A stretch of DNA of 63,343 nucleotides, counting the filler, from Kipferlia bialata (Eukaryota), in assembly GCA_003568945.1 (NCBI GenBank). It is 4 parts of 4 records of this genome, joined end to end, with 100 filler letters (N's around TTAATTAATTAA, not from the genome) between each part and the next. Parts side by side here need not be neighbours in the genome. Positions count along the whole stretch, not along the records: positions 24,065 to 47,959 come from BDIP01000244.1; 3 more parts are not named here. One strand, 5' to 3'. Shown one piece after another: positions 32,225 through 43,989 of the stretch (position 1 is the first letter of the stretch; every line of letters starts with the position of its first letter). Below the pieces are notes generated by a model. The model saw nothing but the letters and a program-made list of their open reading frames with translations, was not told where the DNA came from and did no database searches. A program made the position numbers and the translations under genes.

Positions 32225-34977
32225 TTATTGGTCTACGCTGAAGGTCGGGAAAGGACTCTGCCTTGGGTTGGAGCCAGCAGGGTTGGCCCCAGCAGAGCCT
32301 GGGTCTCTGTAGTTGGAGTATGATGGCCGCATCGACCTATCCCCCACTAGGGACCTCTGCCCAAAGGCACTTGACCCTGTGGGTGGGTACCTGTCCTCCC
32401 AGGAGGTGCCCTCCTTGGGGGGCAGGGCCTCTCTGTCGGAGGCCCCTGCCATGGGCTGGGTGTCCCCGTACCTGCTGCCCATACCAGAGGGCATGCCGTA
32501 GGGAGAGGGCACACTCACACGATGGCTGGGGAGGGCGCGGGAGTCCCCCACCTGGTCCCGAGTGGCCCTGGCCGAGGGGGGTGTGGGGGCAGCCCGCATG
32601 GATGGGGACACGGGGCTGGTCTGGTCCCCCATGCCCATGCCGGTGTCTGCCATGGGCTGGGTCATCTGGCCTAGCCTGGCCTGCAGGGTGGCACGCTGCT
32701 CCTGCACCACAGCGAGCAGGCCCTGGGTCTGCTGCAGCTGGGCCTGGTACCTCTTGAGGGACTGGGTGAGGGACACCACCTGCTGCTTGTAGGCAGCACC
32801 GGCCTGAGCCTCGCTCTGCTCCCGACCCCCGACACGCTCCTTTAGCACCCGCACCTCACTCTGCAGTCTGGCCACAGTCTCGGCCTGCTCGGCATGGACC
32901 GACTCCAGCACCTTCTTCTCAGACGAGAACTGGTCGCTCTTGTCCCGGACTGCGTTGTACCTGGCCTTCATGGCCTCGGTCTGGTCCTCCAGGTTGCGCA
33001 TCTGCTCCTTGAGGCGCCTCTTGACCTCTGCCATCTCCTGTCCGTGCTTCGACACCTCCTCCTGCAGGGCGTACTTCTGCTCGTTGGCCACCTCCAGCTG
33101 GTGCCTCAGGTCCACAGCCTCCCCGACACACCTCTTCACCTCGTCCTGGGCCTCGTCGAGCCGGGCCTGGGCCTTGCGGAGCCTCTCGCTCATACCGTCA
33201 CTGACGCGCTGGTCGGCTGTCTCCACCAGGGCCTGTCCCTCCTGTACCCTCTTCTCCAGCTGGGAGCAGTGGTCCTCCAGGAAGCGAGACCGCTGGCGCT
33301 CCTCCTTCAGGCCCTGCTCTGCGGACACCACCAGATCCCCTAGGCGCTGGGCATCAGCCTGTGCACGTACCAGCTCCTTGTGGGTGGACCTGAGCTCTGT
33401 GGACACAGACTCCATCTCAGCTGCGCAGGATGCCTTCACAACGTCAATCTCCTGCCTCAGGCCGGAGAGGCAGGCAGCCACGGTCTGCAGTCTGGCCCCC
33501 TCGTCCTGGGCCTGGGCCAGCACCCCCTGCACCCTCTCCTGTGCAGTGCAGATGCCCTGGATGTGGGACTCTGCCTCCTCCGTGTATCTGTTGGCCAGAC
33601 TGTTCCTGTCGGCATGCACCCCGGCCAGCCGGTCCTTGGCCTCCAGCTCCCTCTCCCGCAGCTCCTGCTCACTCTGTCTCAGAGTACGCAGCGACTGGCG
33701 CATCCTCTCCTCCTGGCCCTCCTTCTCCTCCTCGGCAGCAGCCAGGGCATCCGTCTTCTCCTGCTGCACCCTGCGCAGAAGGTCGTGTAGACGGGCATGC
33801 TCCCCGGTCAGGGTCTGGTACTGCTTGGTCAGCGTCTCCAGCTGCACAGTGGCCCTCTGCACCTTGGCCTCAGCCTCGGCACGCACCTCGGCCCCCTCAG
33901 CCTCGTGCCTGGCAGCCTGTCTGTGCAGCTCGTCCTCTGCCAGACGCAGACGGGCCTGGGCCTCTCTGCGGGTCTCCTCCAGACCCCTCTCCAGGCTGAC
34001 CTGAGTGGCGTCACTCACCCTCTTTCCATTGCCCATCTCAACCCTGGTCTGCTCCAGAAGAGAGCGCAGCTGATCGATCTCCCGCCCCCTAAGGGCCAGA
34101 GCACTGGATGCCTGCTGTGCGTGGCGCCTGGCCTCGTCCAGCTCCACACTCACAACAGCCAGCTTCTCCCCGGCATGTGAGGCCTCCCCCTGGTACCTGG
34201 ACAGGTCGTTCTCAGCACGGGAGAGCCTAGCAGCCAGCTGGGTCTCATTGGACTCCAGAGCACGTACCCGGGTACTGGCCTCGTTCCCTGCTGCCTTCTC
34301 AGTCGTCAGGCGACGCTGCAGGTCCTCCACCTGAGTCTGCAGCTTGGCCTCCTTCTCCTCGAGAGAAGAGGCCCCAACACGCAGAGCAGACAGGTCGCTA
34401 CGGAGCCTGTTTACCTCCTCCGCAAGTCTTGTGTTGTCCTGGGTCAGCTCCCTCTCCCTAGCATCAGTGGCTCTGCTGTGCGACTCCTGCTGAGTGTTCA
34501 GCTCTGCCAACTGACGTCCCATACGCTCATTGCTGGACCTCAGCTCCTCCAACTCCTTCTTCATGCTCCGGTTCTCCCCCTCCATAGTAGCCTTGCTGCG
34601 CTCCTCTCCTGCCTCAGCCTGTCTGGCCCGGGCAACATGCTCTCGTAACCCTGTGTTCTCAGCACGCAGGTACTCAATCTCTTCCACAAAGCGGGACATA
34701 TCACGCTGGTGGTGGGAGAGCTCCCTCCGGCTCTGGTTCAGCTCCTGCTGGCTCTGGTGCAGATATTGCTGACGCTGCTTCAGCTCCTCCTGAGTTCTGA
34801 GTTGCTGCTCCTCGACAGAGGCAAGCTGGGACAGGAGCTGAGGTGAATCACAGGGACATCAATGCTCCATATATGTACTCATACACAACTGAATACCTGG
34901 TTGTTTGTCTCCAGCTGCTGGGATAACTGCTGTGAGAGATCAACACCAAACATTGCGTCTCCCATTGGTGCAGGCAT
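32225..34977 (-). CDS. Long coiled-coil protein (~900 aa) with low-complexity C-terminus; two exons
   Basis: The 824-aa ORF extends upstream in frame to an acceptor near 34838. Short first exon MPAPMGDAMFG...ETNNQ from the ATG at 34977. E/Q/R/L-rich heptads. Confidence 0.85.
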
Positions 34978-35203
34978 CTCAGAGAACGGCTCCACAGGTT
35001 ACCAGAGGTGGAAAGGCGGCCTTGGGACAAGTCTGAGTAACAAAAGGCGGCGACAAGCCTGGGTAAAGCGGCGTTCTAAGGTCAATCACTTCAATCTTCG
35101 ACTCTGTCAGAGGCCTCTCCAAAAGGGTTGACCTCGTCACCCGACAAAAACAGCAGGTACAAATTGCTCTCTTTCTCGGGTCACGTACGCACCTTAGCTA
35201 CAA

Positions 35204-35741
35204 ATGAGTTCAGCTTTTGAGCCAGAGAAGTGTACGTAGCAGCAACTTAGAGCGCAGCTCATATAATTGCTTTGCTGCCAGTCTGTCTTGTTATTATTAA
35301 TGCTAGTTCTTGTCCTTACCATCAGCTGTTGAGGGGTACGTGGTGATGCTCACTGGTATCAGCACTGAGGCGACTTTGAACGATGTTAAGACCGCCATGG
35401 AGGCCCGTGGACCCATCAATGGGTTTGTGTGCCCTATTGCCAATGAGACTGGCCTCCTCAGAGGGTATGCACTGGTGTCATACAACGAGAAGGAGGATGC
35501 CGACGCCGCCATCGAGTTCTTCCATGGTCAGGAGGTGTTTGGGATGACTGTGGAGTGTGGCTACGCCATTGCCAAGGACAGCAAGGGTACTAAGAGAGGG
35601 GCCAGGGAGCAGGAGAGGAGTTCTCCCGTCAAGCGCCGCCCCCAGGGCGATGTGGATATGGACGCCTCTGGAAAGGTAGAGATTGTGGTGACCAATGTCA
35701 AGCACGTGGAGTCTGACGATGAGGAGGAGCACTCTTCCTAA
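35204..35741 (+). CDS. RBM8A: Exon-junction-complex RRM protein Y14/RBM8A
   Basis: Exon 1 MSSAFEPEK, intron 35232-35326, then SVEGYVVMLTGISTEAT...TGLLRGYALVSY. Matches the Y14 signature PQRSVEGWILFVTGVHEEA...TGYLKGYALVEY. Confidence 0.8.
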
Positions 35742-35943
35742 GCAACCTCTGTGTATTTTTGAAGGATAAATGTTTAATGATCTCTTCCCAGAGTCTGGGT
35801 ATTGGACTTGTGTGATTGTTTGTCACTTTGTAATCACCCAATCCATTGGCGGTTATCGATATTAATATTATAGCAACTTGTACCTAATAGAGAGATAATG
35901 AACACAGGCTTCTGGGCCACACTTACATTAAAAGTCTATTCGT

Positions 35944-37522
35944 CTACTGGCTGTGATCATAAGCCTGGTAGGATCTCTGCCCGGACTGGTGGGGAGAGTA
36001 CTGGCGCTGGCCGCCCTGCTGCTGGCCCTGCTGAGCCTGCTGGCCCTGCTGGGGAGGGTACTGGCCCTGCTGGCCCTGGGGGGGGTACTGGTTCTGGTAC
36101 TGGTTGTGGGCCTGGTACTGGTACTGGTACTGGGGGTAGAACATGGGCTGCATGGGCTGCTGGAAAGAGGGGATGAACTGGTCAGAGGGCTGCTGGCCCT
36201 CGCCCTCAGCGCCGGTGTAGGCGGTTCCCATGGGGCGGTAGTCACCCATAGGGTACTGCATGCCGGGCATCATGTGGGGGGGCATATCCTGCATGTTGAG
36301 GCCGGGGGCACCAGTGGGCATCATGCCGTACTGCATGCCGGGCATGGCCTGCATGCCGAGGGCGTACTGGGGGGGGAACCCGTAGGGGGTGTATCCCTGG
36401 CCCTGCTGCTCCATGGGCCTCTGCTCACCACGGGTGAACTGCACCTGGTGTCTGGCGGGCACGTCGGACATGCCGGGGGGGAGAGACACCTGTCCGGCGG
36501 GGTGCTGGGCAGGCATGGTCACTGGGGACTCCTCGCGCTGGGGCTGCCTCACCACGGGGATGTCGGCAACGGCAGCGGGCTCCTCGGCCTCCTCGGCCTC
36601 CTCCTCCTCAACTGCCTCCTCCTCCTCCTCGACAACCTCCTCCTCTACCTCGGGCTCAGCCTCAGCCTCAGCCTCGACGGGCTCGGGGGTGGGGCTACGG
36701 GACACAACGGGAGATGGGATAGGGGAGGCAACAGGCTCGGGAACCTCAACCTCGGCCACCTCAACGACAGGCTCGGGCTCTGGGGTGGGAGCTCTGGGGG
36801 GTGGGGTGGGGGCCCTCTTGGGAACAGCGACGGGCTTGGGCTTGGGGGCCTGCTTGTCAAGACCCCATGCGAACTGCCTGCGAGTCTTGGGCTCGTTAAG
36901 AGAAACCTGGGCAACAGCAACCTCGTCCTCACCAGAAGGAAGGTGGTACTTGACGTTCTTGCGGGTCTGGGAAACAGAAGGCTCTGGGGCATTCCACCGG
37001 GGCTTCCTGTGATCATGCCTTCTCCTCTGCACATTACGTCCCTCCTGCTTTGGCTTCTTGGTAGTAGACTTGAAGACGGGTGCGTCTCCAGCAAGACACC
37101 TGGCAGCTGCAGTCTCTAGATCCCAGTGAGCCTCGGCGAGAGCCACAATGCACCCCTCCCTCTGGTATTTCCGGGAACCTCCGTTAACAAACTCCAGCAG
37201 CTGATCTACAAGCTCCTTGTGGCACTGGGGCAACTCATCATAACCAGCGGTGGACAGGGATCCAGAGATCTCCGCGCTGTTCAGCTCCTTCTTCCCGACG
37301 ACAAGCTGAGTAAGCAATTGAGCCAAAACACATGGTAAAAACACAATTGCGCACGAGAATCAGAAATATAGTGAAGAGGCACAGAGAAAGGAGCCTAAAC
37401 CACACAAAGCAATTGAGAACGAAACCAAACCCATTGAAGAGTGTTCCCATAACCAGAGGAGACCCTACCATCAAGAAAGTCTTAGAATCACAAACTCATA
37501 CCTTATGTCTGTTGCTGGACAT
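35944..37522 (-). CDS. UBA/CUE-like domain protein with P/E-rich and Q/Y/G-rich low-complexity tail (UBAP2/Def1-like architecture)
   Basis: Exon 1 MSSNRHK (37522-37502), intron to 37306, then LVDQLLEF...CIVALAEAHWDLETAAARCLAG (UBA-like). Prion-like C-terminus. Confidence 0.6.
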
Positions 37523-37659
37523 CTCCTTATCAGCTTAGAAGTAAGCAGGCAAGCTTGAATGAGAATGAAAGACAAAAACTATAGCTGACCCCTTTTGTCG
37601 TTATACAAGGGTGTAGCGATAGAGGACCGAAATGCTTCTTACACCACACTATCAGCACA

Positions 37660-38639
37660 ATGGCAGAGGAGGAGTACCAGGACGAGAGTGGGTAAGTACT
37701 TCCTCTTCTTATCTGCAACTCACAATCTAAATTGTGTCATTATTTCCTATTGACCTGATTTTCGAGTCTTTCTCTCTGTTTTTAGTGTTCCTTGCTCTCT
37801 GAGGGGGACAATCTCGGCTCCCATGGGTAGCGCTGTGTATATATTTGGGGCTGAATATGGATTCGTCTGTCACTTACGTCTACTTCATGGTTCACCCACT
37901 TTGACACTGTCCAGTGCTGACATCAGATACAAGGGAGCAACCCAGATTTCGTTGCAGGAGGCCCTTGCTACTGACACTTCTGACGAGTCCCTGAACAGAT
38001 ACAAGTCTGCTCTCGTGGCTGCCCAGGATGTCACTGCCTCCCCCGACGGCAGGAGGGTGGTCATTGAGGCACTGGTTGTCCACTTCCCTGACGGTGACCG
38101 TGAGCCAGAGACATTCCCTTGCGCCACCGAGGACCAGCTGGTTGAGCTCAGCAACAGGGACCTTCTGTTCTCAGTGCAGGAGGGTTCTACCATGCAGATC
38201 GAGGTCGTGTACAAGGTGTACGAGGACATTGTCATGGGATTCAGCTACCTGAACCTGGTGTACAAGGTGCGTACTACCCACGTGGGCAGTGATGGTGGAG
38301 GGTATTATGGCATGGTTGGTGTAATTTTCTATCGTGGTACTCTTTTCTGCTGTGACTGATCCAGGGACCTGCCCGTTTGATCAAGCAGCAGCAGATGATC
38401 GGGTGCTTCGCACCAAAGGCCGAGTCCTACCGCTACACTCTGCCCCCAGTCACCATGCCTTCTGGCTTCCTTCTCCGTGGAAAGTACAGAGGTATTTAGC
38501 TGTGTACATCCGTTCTTCTATATTTAACTATCTTCCATGACAGTCCATTGTGTGTCTCACCCCAGCCAAGACCAAGTTTGTAGATGACGACAAGAACACC
38601 CACCTGGAGATGGAGTACACCTTCAAGATTGTCAAGTGA
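37660..38639 (+). CDS. Rho GDP-dissociation inhibitor, four exons
   Basis: DTSDESLNRYKSALV, FSVQEGS, MIGCFAPK, PSGFLLRGKY and KTKFVDDDKNTHLEMEYTFKIVK* are RhoGDI motifs. Confidence 0.93.
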
Positions 38640-39014
38640 GTCCTTCGTTTTAGGAGTAAGATAGGATTCTTACTGGGTCACAGTCAGTACAAGGGTGTCT
38701 TCCACTGGAATAGATGTATTACTTGCTGAGAGTCAGTTTATCCATGTGAAAGTCTGACTCATGGTTTGATTTAGTCTTCTTAGTAATTCGTTGGGGACAA
38801 ATGACGACACTGGGTTTACATTAATAGGCAACTAGGCCTTGTACTGTCACTCACAGAGAGCCTCTGAGTCAGTGATCCAAATCTTTAAAATCCTAAAAGC
38901 TAAAGTGGATGGATCCAACTTAAGTCTGAACCATTTTTCCGCCAAACACAGTGGGGGTTTAGGATTGTGGCGCCCACCTGAAGCAGATGATTGAATGCCT
39001 TCTCCTTCGTTCAA

Positions 39015-40232
39015 ATGTCGACCAGCAAGGCGCGCTCGAAGACATCGAAGCAGAGTTTGATCACAGACTTCTTCACATCCAACAGAACCCCGAAGGTAGA
39101 CACTTCCCGGCCTTCCCGAGTAAGATCAAGCGCTTCTTCGGTTCCAAGCCAGTCCCACAGGGCCAGGTCCTTCTCTGGGATCACTGTACCTGCTGTCACT
39201 ACCACTTATGGCTTCTCTGAGGCATCCCTGTCGTCTAGCGTCAAAAAGACTGATGTCGTGATGGGTCAGTCAGCCATGTCACCCTCCATGTCACATGTCA
39301 GGTCGTCCCTATCCCCATCCGTGCGTGTCCTTCCTACCACCCCAACCGTGAGCTCTCCATCTACCATTCCCCAAGCTGAGAACGACACCCCCGAGATGCC
39401 CGCTTCGTCTATATCCACCCCTACTCTTCCCAGCCTGCCCTCCGCTCTCCCTGGATTCTGGACCGATCCTTACCTTGCCTCATATGTCAAGAACGAGTAC
39501 CTCACCGCTGCAGTCAAGAACATTGTCAAGCTCCGCGCCACTAAGGGAATCCCGAGTCCTGAGCTTGCCTCCCTCCCCAAGCGCCGCAGCAACTGTAAGG
39601 GCACTGTAGTGTGGGACCTCGACGGCACCCTCTGGCACGCCCCCAAGAACAACTCCCGGATCCTGCCTCCCAGCCACATCAATGTCCGTCCTTACGCCAA
39701 GCACATTCTGGCCCTTTGCCGCGCCCTCGATTTCGAGGTGATTCTCTGGACTGCCGCCCAAGCGACCTTTGCCAAGCCCAGGCTGCAGGTGGCTGCCTTT
39801 GACTACGACCACCTGCTGACCCGCACCCAGTGCATCCAGGCCTCGGCCCAGGAGTACATCAAGGACCTGAGGTCCCTGGGCGAGTCCCGGCCCCTGTCCA
39901 CCGTCGTGATTGTGGACGACAACCTCGTCTCCTTTGCCCACCAGCCCGGCAATGGGATCCCCATGACCACCTACCACGGCCAGGCCTACCAGCCCTCCGA
40001 CTGTGATCTCCTCCGCATTGTCAACCTGCTTAAGAGCCTGGGTGCCGCTGTCGACAGGGGCATCGACTGGAGGAAGGTGGTCAAGGTGAAGCTGCAGCCC
40101 AAGCGCATGTGGGCAAGGCTCGGCCACAGCTCCCTCAAGGACTGTGTCACCCAGTGTGTGCAACAGCACACCAAGCAGGCCCAGGCTCAGGGCGATATCG
40201 CCAGACTGTCGCAGCTGTCCACGGAGTCTTAA
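39015..40232 (+). CDS. FCP1/SCP (NIF-domain) HAD-family phosphatase, intronless
   Basis: Catalytic DLDGTL motif at ~39615, plus VRPY, VILWTA, YIKDLRSLG, VVIVDDN and QPGNGIP. S/P-rich N-terminus. Confidence 0.9.
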   Translation: MSTSKARSKTSKQSLITDFFTSNRTPKVDTSRPSRVRSSASSVPSQSHRARSFSGITVPAVTTTYGFSEASLSSSVKKTDVVMGQSAMSPSMSHVRSSLSPSVRVLPTTPTVSSPSTIPQAENDTPEMPASSISTPTLPSLPSALPGFWTDPYLASYVKNEYLTAAVKNIVKLRATKGIPSPELASLPKRRSNCKGTVVWDLDGTLWHAPKNNSRILPPSHINVRPYAKHILALCRALDFEVILWTAAQATFAKPRLQVAAFDYDHLLTRTQCIQASAQEYIKDLRSLGESRPLSTVVIVDDNLVSFAHQPGNGIPMTTYHGQAYQPSDCDLLRIVNLLKSLGAAVDRGIDWRKVVKVKLQPKRMWARLGHSSLKDCVTQCVQQHTKQAQAQGDIARLSQLSTES

Positions 40233-41318
40233 CTCCGTGCCTTGTGTAATATTACTCTTCTTTACCTTGTGTCTTGTGTCACGAATAGAATCATTATGTC
40301 CTGATGTTGTGTATGCCACTGATGATGTGTCGTTATGGCTGTCAAGTTGTCAGGATGCGAATTCTTAATTGAGGCCTTCCTCATTCATAATATGTAATAT
40401 ACAATCTACCAGTGAGACTAGCATAGTCCTGGGCAACCCAGCTACCTCTATCTCTTCGGGTTGCTGCCTTGCACAGAGTCTCTGGAGGTGGATACCATAC
40501 ATCCCCATGTGGATCCAAAGTGGCGCCATACAATATGGACGTTTCCACGTATATATATGTTACATGCATGCCGCGTTGCCCACGATCAGACCATACGCAG
40601 TAAATACTACTCATTTCCAATACACTGTGATTATATGAACACTAACAACGACTCATTGCAATATCTATTCAATCAGTATCACATAGCCATTAAATGATGC
40701 GCAAACCCATGTAGTACTAGCCCACTACTTGCAATGGCGGAACAGGCCTATTGGACAGTCCCAGCCAATGCCTATGTCTCTCCCTCTGACTTAGCCCTTC
40801 TGTAGTGTATCCATGACACGTCTCACATATATAGAGAGGTGTGCACTGGTACATCAGCGTAATCCATGTGAATGATAACACATGCAAAACACATCCGCGG
40901 GATGTGTACAACCACAGCATGGTGACCAATGGCCAAGTCAGTGTCCGGTGTGGACTGAGAGTCGACCCATCAGATCAATATGTATCAGCCTGTTGTGCTC
41001 GTATACCGTCTCTCATGGAAAGAGAGAGAGTGGAGAAGCAGGCAGGTAGGAGTGTCTCAAACACAATGTGGCTCTGTGACATACACATACCCCTCACACC
41101 TCAGTCAGACACCAGTGACACATGTGACTAGCTCCTGAGTATACAGGGGCAGGGTCAGACAGTGTCTGGGACACTCATAATGGCACCGGAGCATGGGACG
41201 TATGGTCAGCTGGCAACCCACGGGGAATGATATACAAACCCAGTACTGCATCACCCTAACCTAACAGGATGACAGGATGAGTGGGAGTATACAGTGTAAG
41301 CGAAGGATGGCCTGGGTG

Positions 41319-43873
41319 TCACCGGTAGAACGCCTTCACAAGCTGTCTCTGTGTCACCAGCTGAAGGGCGGACTCCTCAGTGACGGAGATGGGCACGTAC
41401 CGCCGCCACTCACACACATACCGCCACAACACAACCATGACATGGGCCACATCCACCTTGCTATCACTAGCCACCTGACCGGACTCCTCCCTCCCGTTTA
41501 TGGCGGCCAGTCCCTCGCAGACAAGGGATGCCCACACCCTTGCCAGAGTCACTGCGGCAGTCACCACCACTCTCTCCCTCTGTGTATCCGAGGCATCCCG
41601 GGGGTCCATGCATGGGAACATGCACTCTGTAGCAACAAGGGCCAGGGCCTCAGCCGCCCACCTCCTGTTAGGCTGCAAGGCAGGCACCCCCAGTAGAGAC
41701 GCCAGGGACCGGACCAGCGGCATGTCCCGGGAGGATGCCCTGGACCCGTGGCCGTGGGTCTGGGTCTGGGTCTGGGTCTGGGTCTGGGTCTGAGTGTTGT
41801 CGGCCTTGGGGGGTAGCACGCAGAATGGGAACACAAACCCCTGTAGATCCCCGCCCTCAGACACTATGAGGCCTGCTGCGGCCAGGTCCTGTCTCCACCT
41901 GCCCAAGAGATGCTGGGTCTGGAGGGCAACGCCGGCGCCAGCCTCTCCCAGACCCTCTCTCAGAAGGGCCTCTGTGGATACATGCTGCGAAGTGGCAGAG
42001 GCAGATGCAACGGCGGTGGGCACCCTCAGCACGCATGGGGTGGGGTGTGCCCTACTGAGTGCATGGGCCAGGGCAGCTGCTGCGGCAGTGGCCAGCAGGG
42101 GCATGGCCCCCACCGACAGCAGGGCCGTCTCCCTCTGGACCAGGAAGACAGGCCCAGAGGCAGTGGGTATGCCGGCCAGGAGGGCAGAGGGCCGGAGAAA
42201 GAGAGCGTGCTGGGTCTGTCTCATATGGCCATGGACACCCTGCAACACTCTAAGCACGTCTCCCGACAGCACTACAGCGTCACTATCATCAGTCCCAGTC
42301 CCATCCATGGGAGTATCACCCGTACTGCCATGAGCACTGAACCGGTCCAGTCCCTCTCCCCCGGCATTGACTCCCAGGGAGAGAGAGAGAGAGCTGAAGA
42401 GCGGCAGCCGTGATGCGAGGATGTCTGGGGCGTGTGCCCTGCTGGCACTGCGGTCCCTGAGTAGGATGTCCATGCTTTTGCAGTACTCCTTCTTCTCCCC
42501 CTCCTTCCCGTCCTGGCGTCTCTTGCTGGATGGCCCCCCCCTCTGCGACACCGACACTATGCTGGCATCCACTGCAAGGGTGGCATCCTCCACTGAGGCC
42601 ACCCTGTCCCCCACCACAGATGCCACCAGGGACTGCACAGCTCGGTCACCAACCACAATCACACGGGCCTGGGGTGAGGGGGGCATATGTCACACATTCA
42701 CGTGGGTGGAGTATACAGCAACACGACTCCAAATGAAACCACTAAAGAGAAGGGTCAGAGTATGTCATGGTGAAAGAAGTGATTCCGAGTAAGCGACAAA
42801 AGCAGTACCCACCTTGGTAGGGTGTGCATTAGGGTCTATGTCCCTGGGGTCCACAGACACAGACACGTACAGGTAGACTGGCTTTGACTTGGGGGGGATG
42901 GCAGGGGATAGGGCATCCAGGACAGCCCGCTCAAGGCCAGGCCACTGCACCAGTCTGGAGGGTCAGGGGGCATGGAGACACACACTCCCACACACTGAAT
43001 AGATACATGTACGCAAAATATATAAGAATGTATATGTACACACCTGTGGTTCACAAACACTGCCTTGCGACGGCATGTGGACCGAGGCGTGACGCTACTA
43101 GGCGTTGGGTACCGGATGGTGACAGAAAGATTCCTGGGTAGGGCCTCCAGGATGTCTGGGTCCACACCCAGGCCCCTAGCACTCTCCTTGTCCACCACCA
43201 CCTCCTCCACCGGTATGGATGCCTCCTCCCCCCCTCTGCCCAGGGACACTGCCACCCTCTGTCGGAACACAGACATCACAGTGCGAGAGTGAGGGGTACT
43301 GGAGTCCCCCCCTGACACAGACCGGTCCTGGTATGCACCTGTTGCCTCCAGACCAGCAGCGACGTGCACCCCCCTCAGACTCTTGCTGCTGCACACAGTG
43401 AAGGCGCAGTGTGTGTTGTGGAGAGAGTATGCAGACACCACGGTGGCACACAGCAGATACTCGTGTCTACTGGAGCCCAGGGCCTCTCTCCTCACCGAGT
43501 CCCCTCCAAAGAGGGACGACACCACGAGTGTAGTGCCCACCCCCCTGTGCACATGCTCCACTGGGGAGGAGGGCATGCCCCGGTTGAAGGTGCACCTCCA
43601 GCCGGTGGAGGCAGAGGCAGTGCGGGAGGTGACGGTTATGGTGGCACAGTGTGATACGGCGGCCAGGGCCTCTCCCCTGAACCCATATGTGCCCATGGCG
43701 CTGAGGTCTGCAATGGACCTCAGCTTGGATGTCGCAAAGCGGGCACACAGGAGAGGGATGTCCTCCTCATTGATGCCACACCCGTTATCACTAATCTCCA
43801 TCGATCCAAACCCCCCTTCCACTACCGTCACCCCAATCTTGGAGGCCCCAGCATCCAGGCAGTTCTCAATCAG
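41319..43873 (-). CDS. MLH1: MutL homologue, most like MLH1; first exon(s) missing
   Basis: GHKL motifs LIENCLDAGA, ISDNGCGI, ARFATSKL, TYGFRGEALA, plus AVFVNHR and DPRDIDPNAHPTK. Divergent C-terminus ending QLVKAFYR*. Confidence 0.8.
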
Positions 43874-43942
43874 CTGGCATGAGAGATTAAGAGAGGGAAT
43901 GCGCGGGGTGGGAAAGGGGGGGGGGGGGGGGGGGTGGGGGGA

Positions 43943-43981
<39 letters not shown>

Positions 43982-43989
43982 GACGGTAC

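Noticed and set aside
32263..37119. Long antisense ORFs (354 aa, 388 aa and others)
   Set aside because: Shadows of GC-rich minus-strand coding sequence with strong codon bias.
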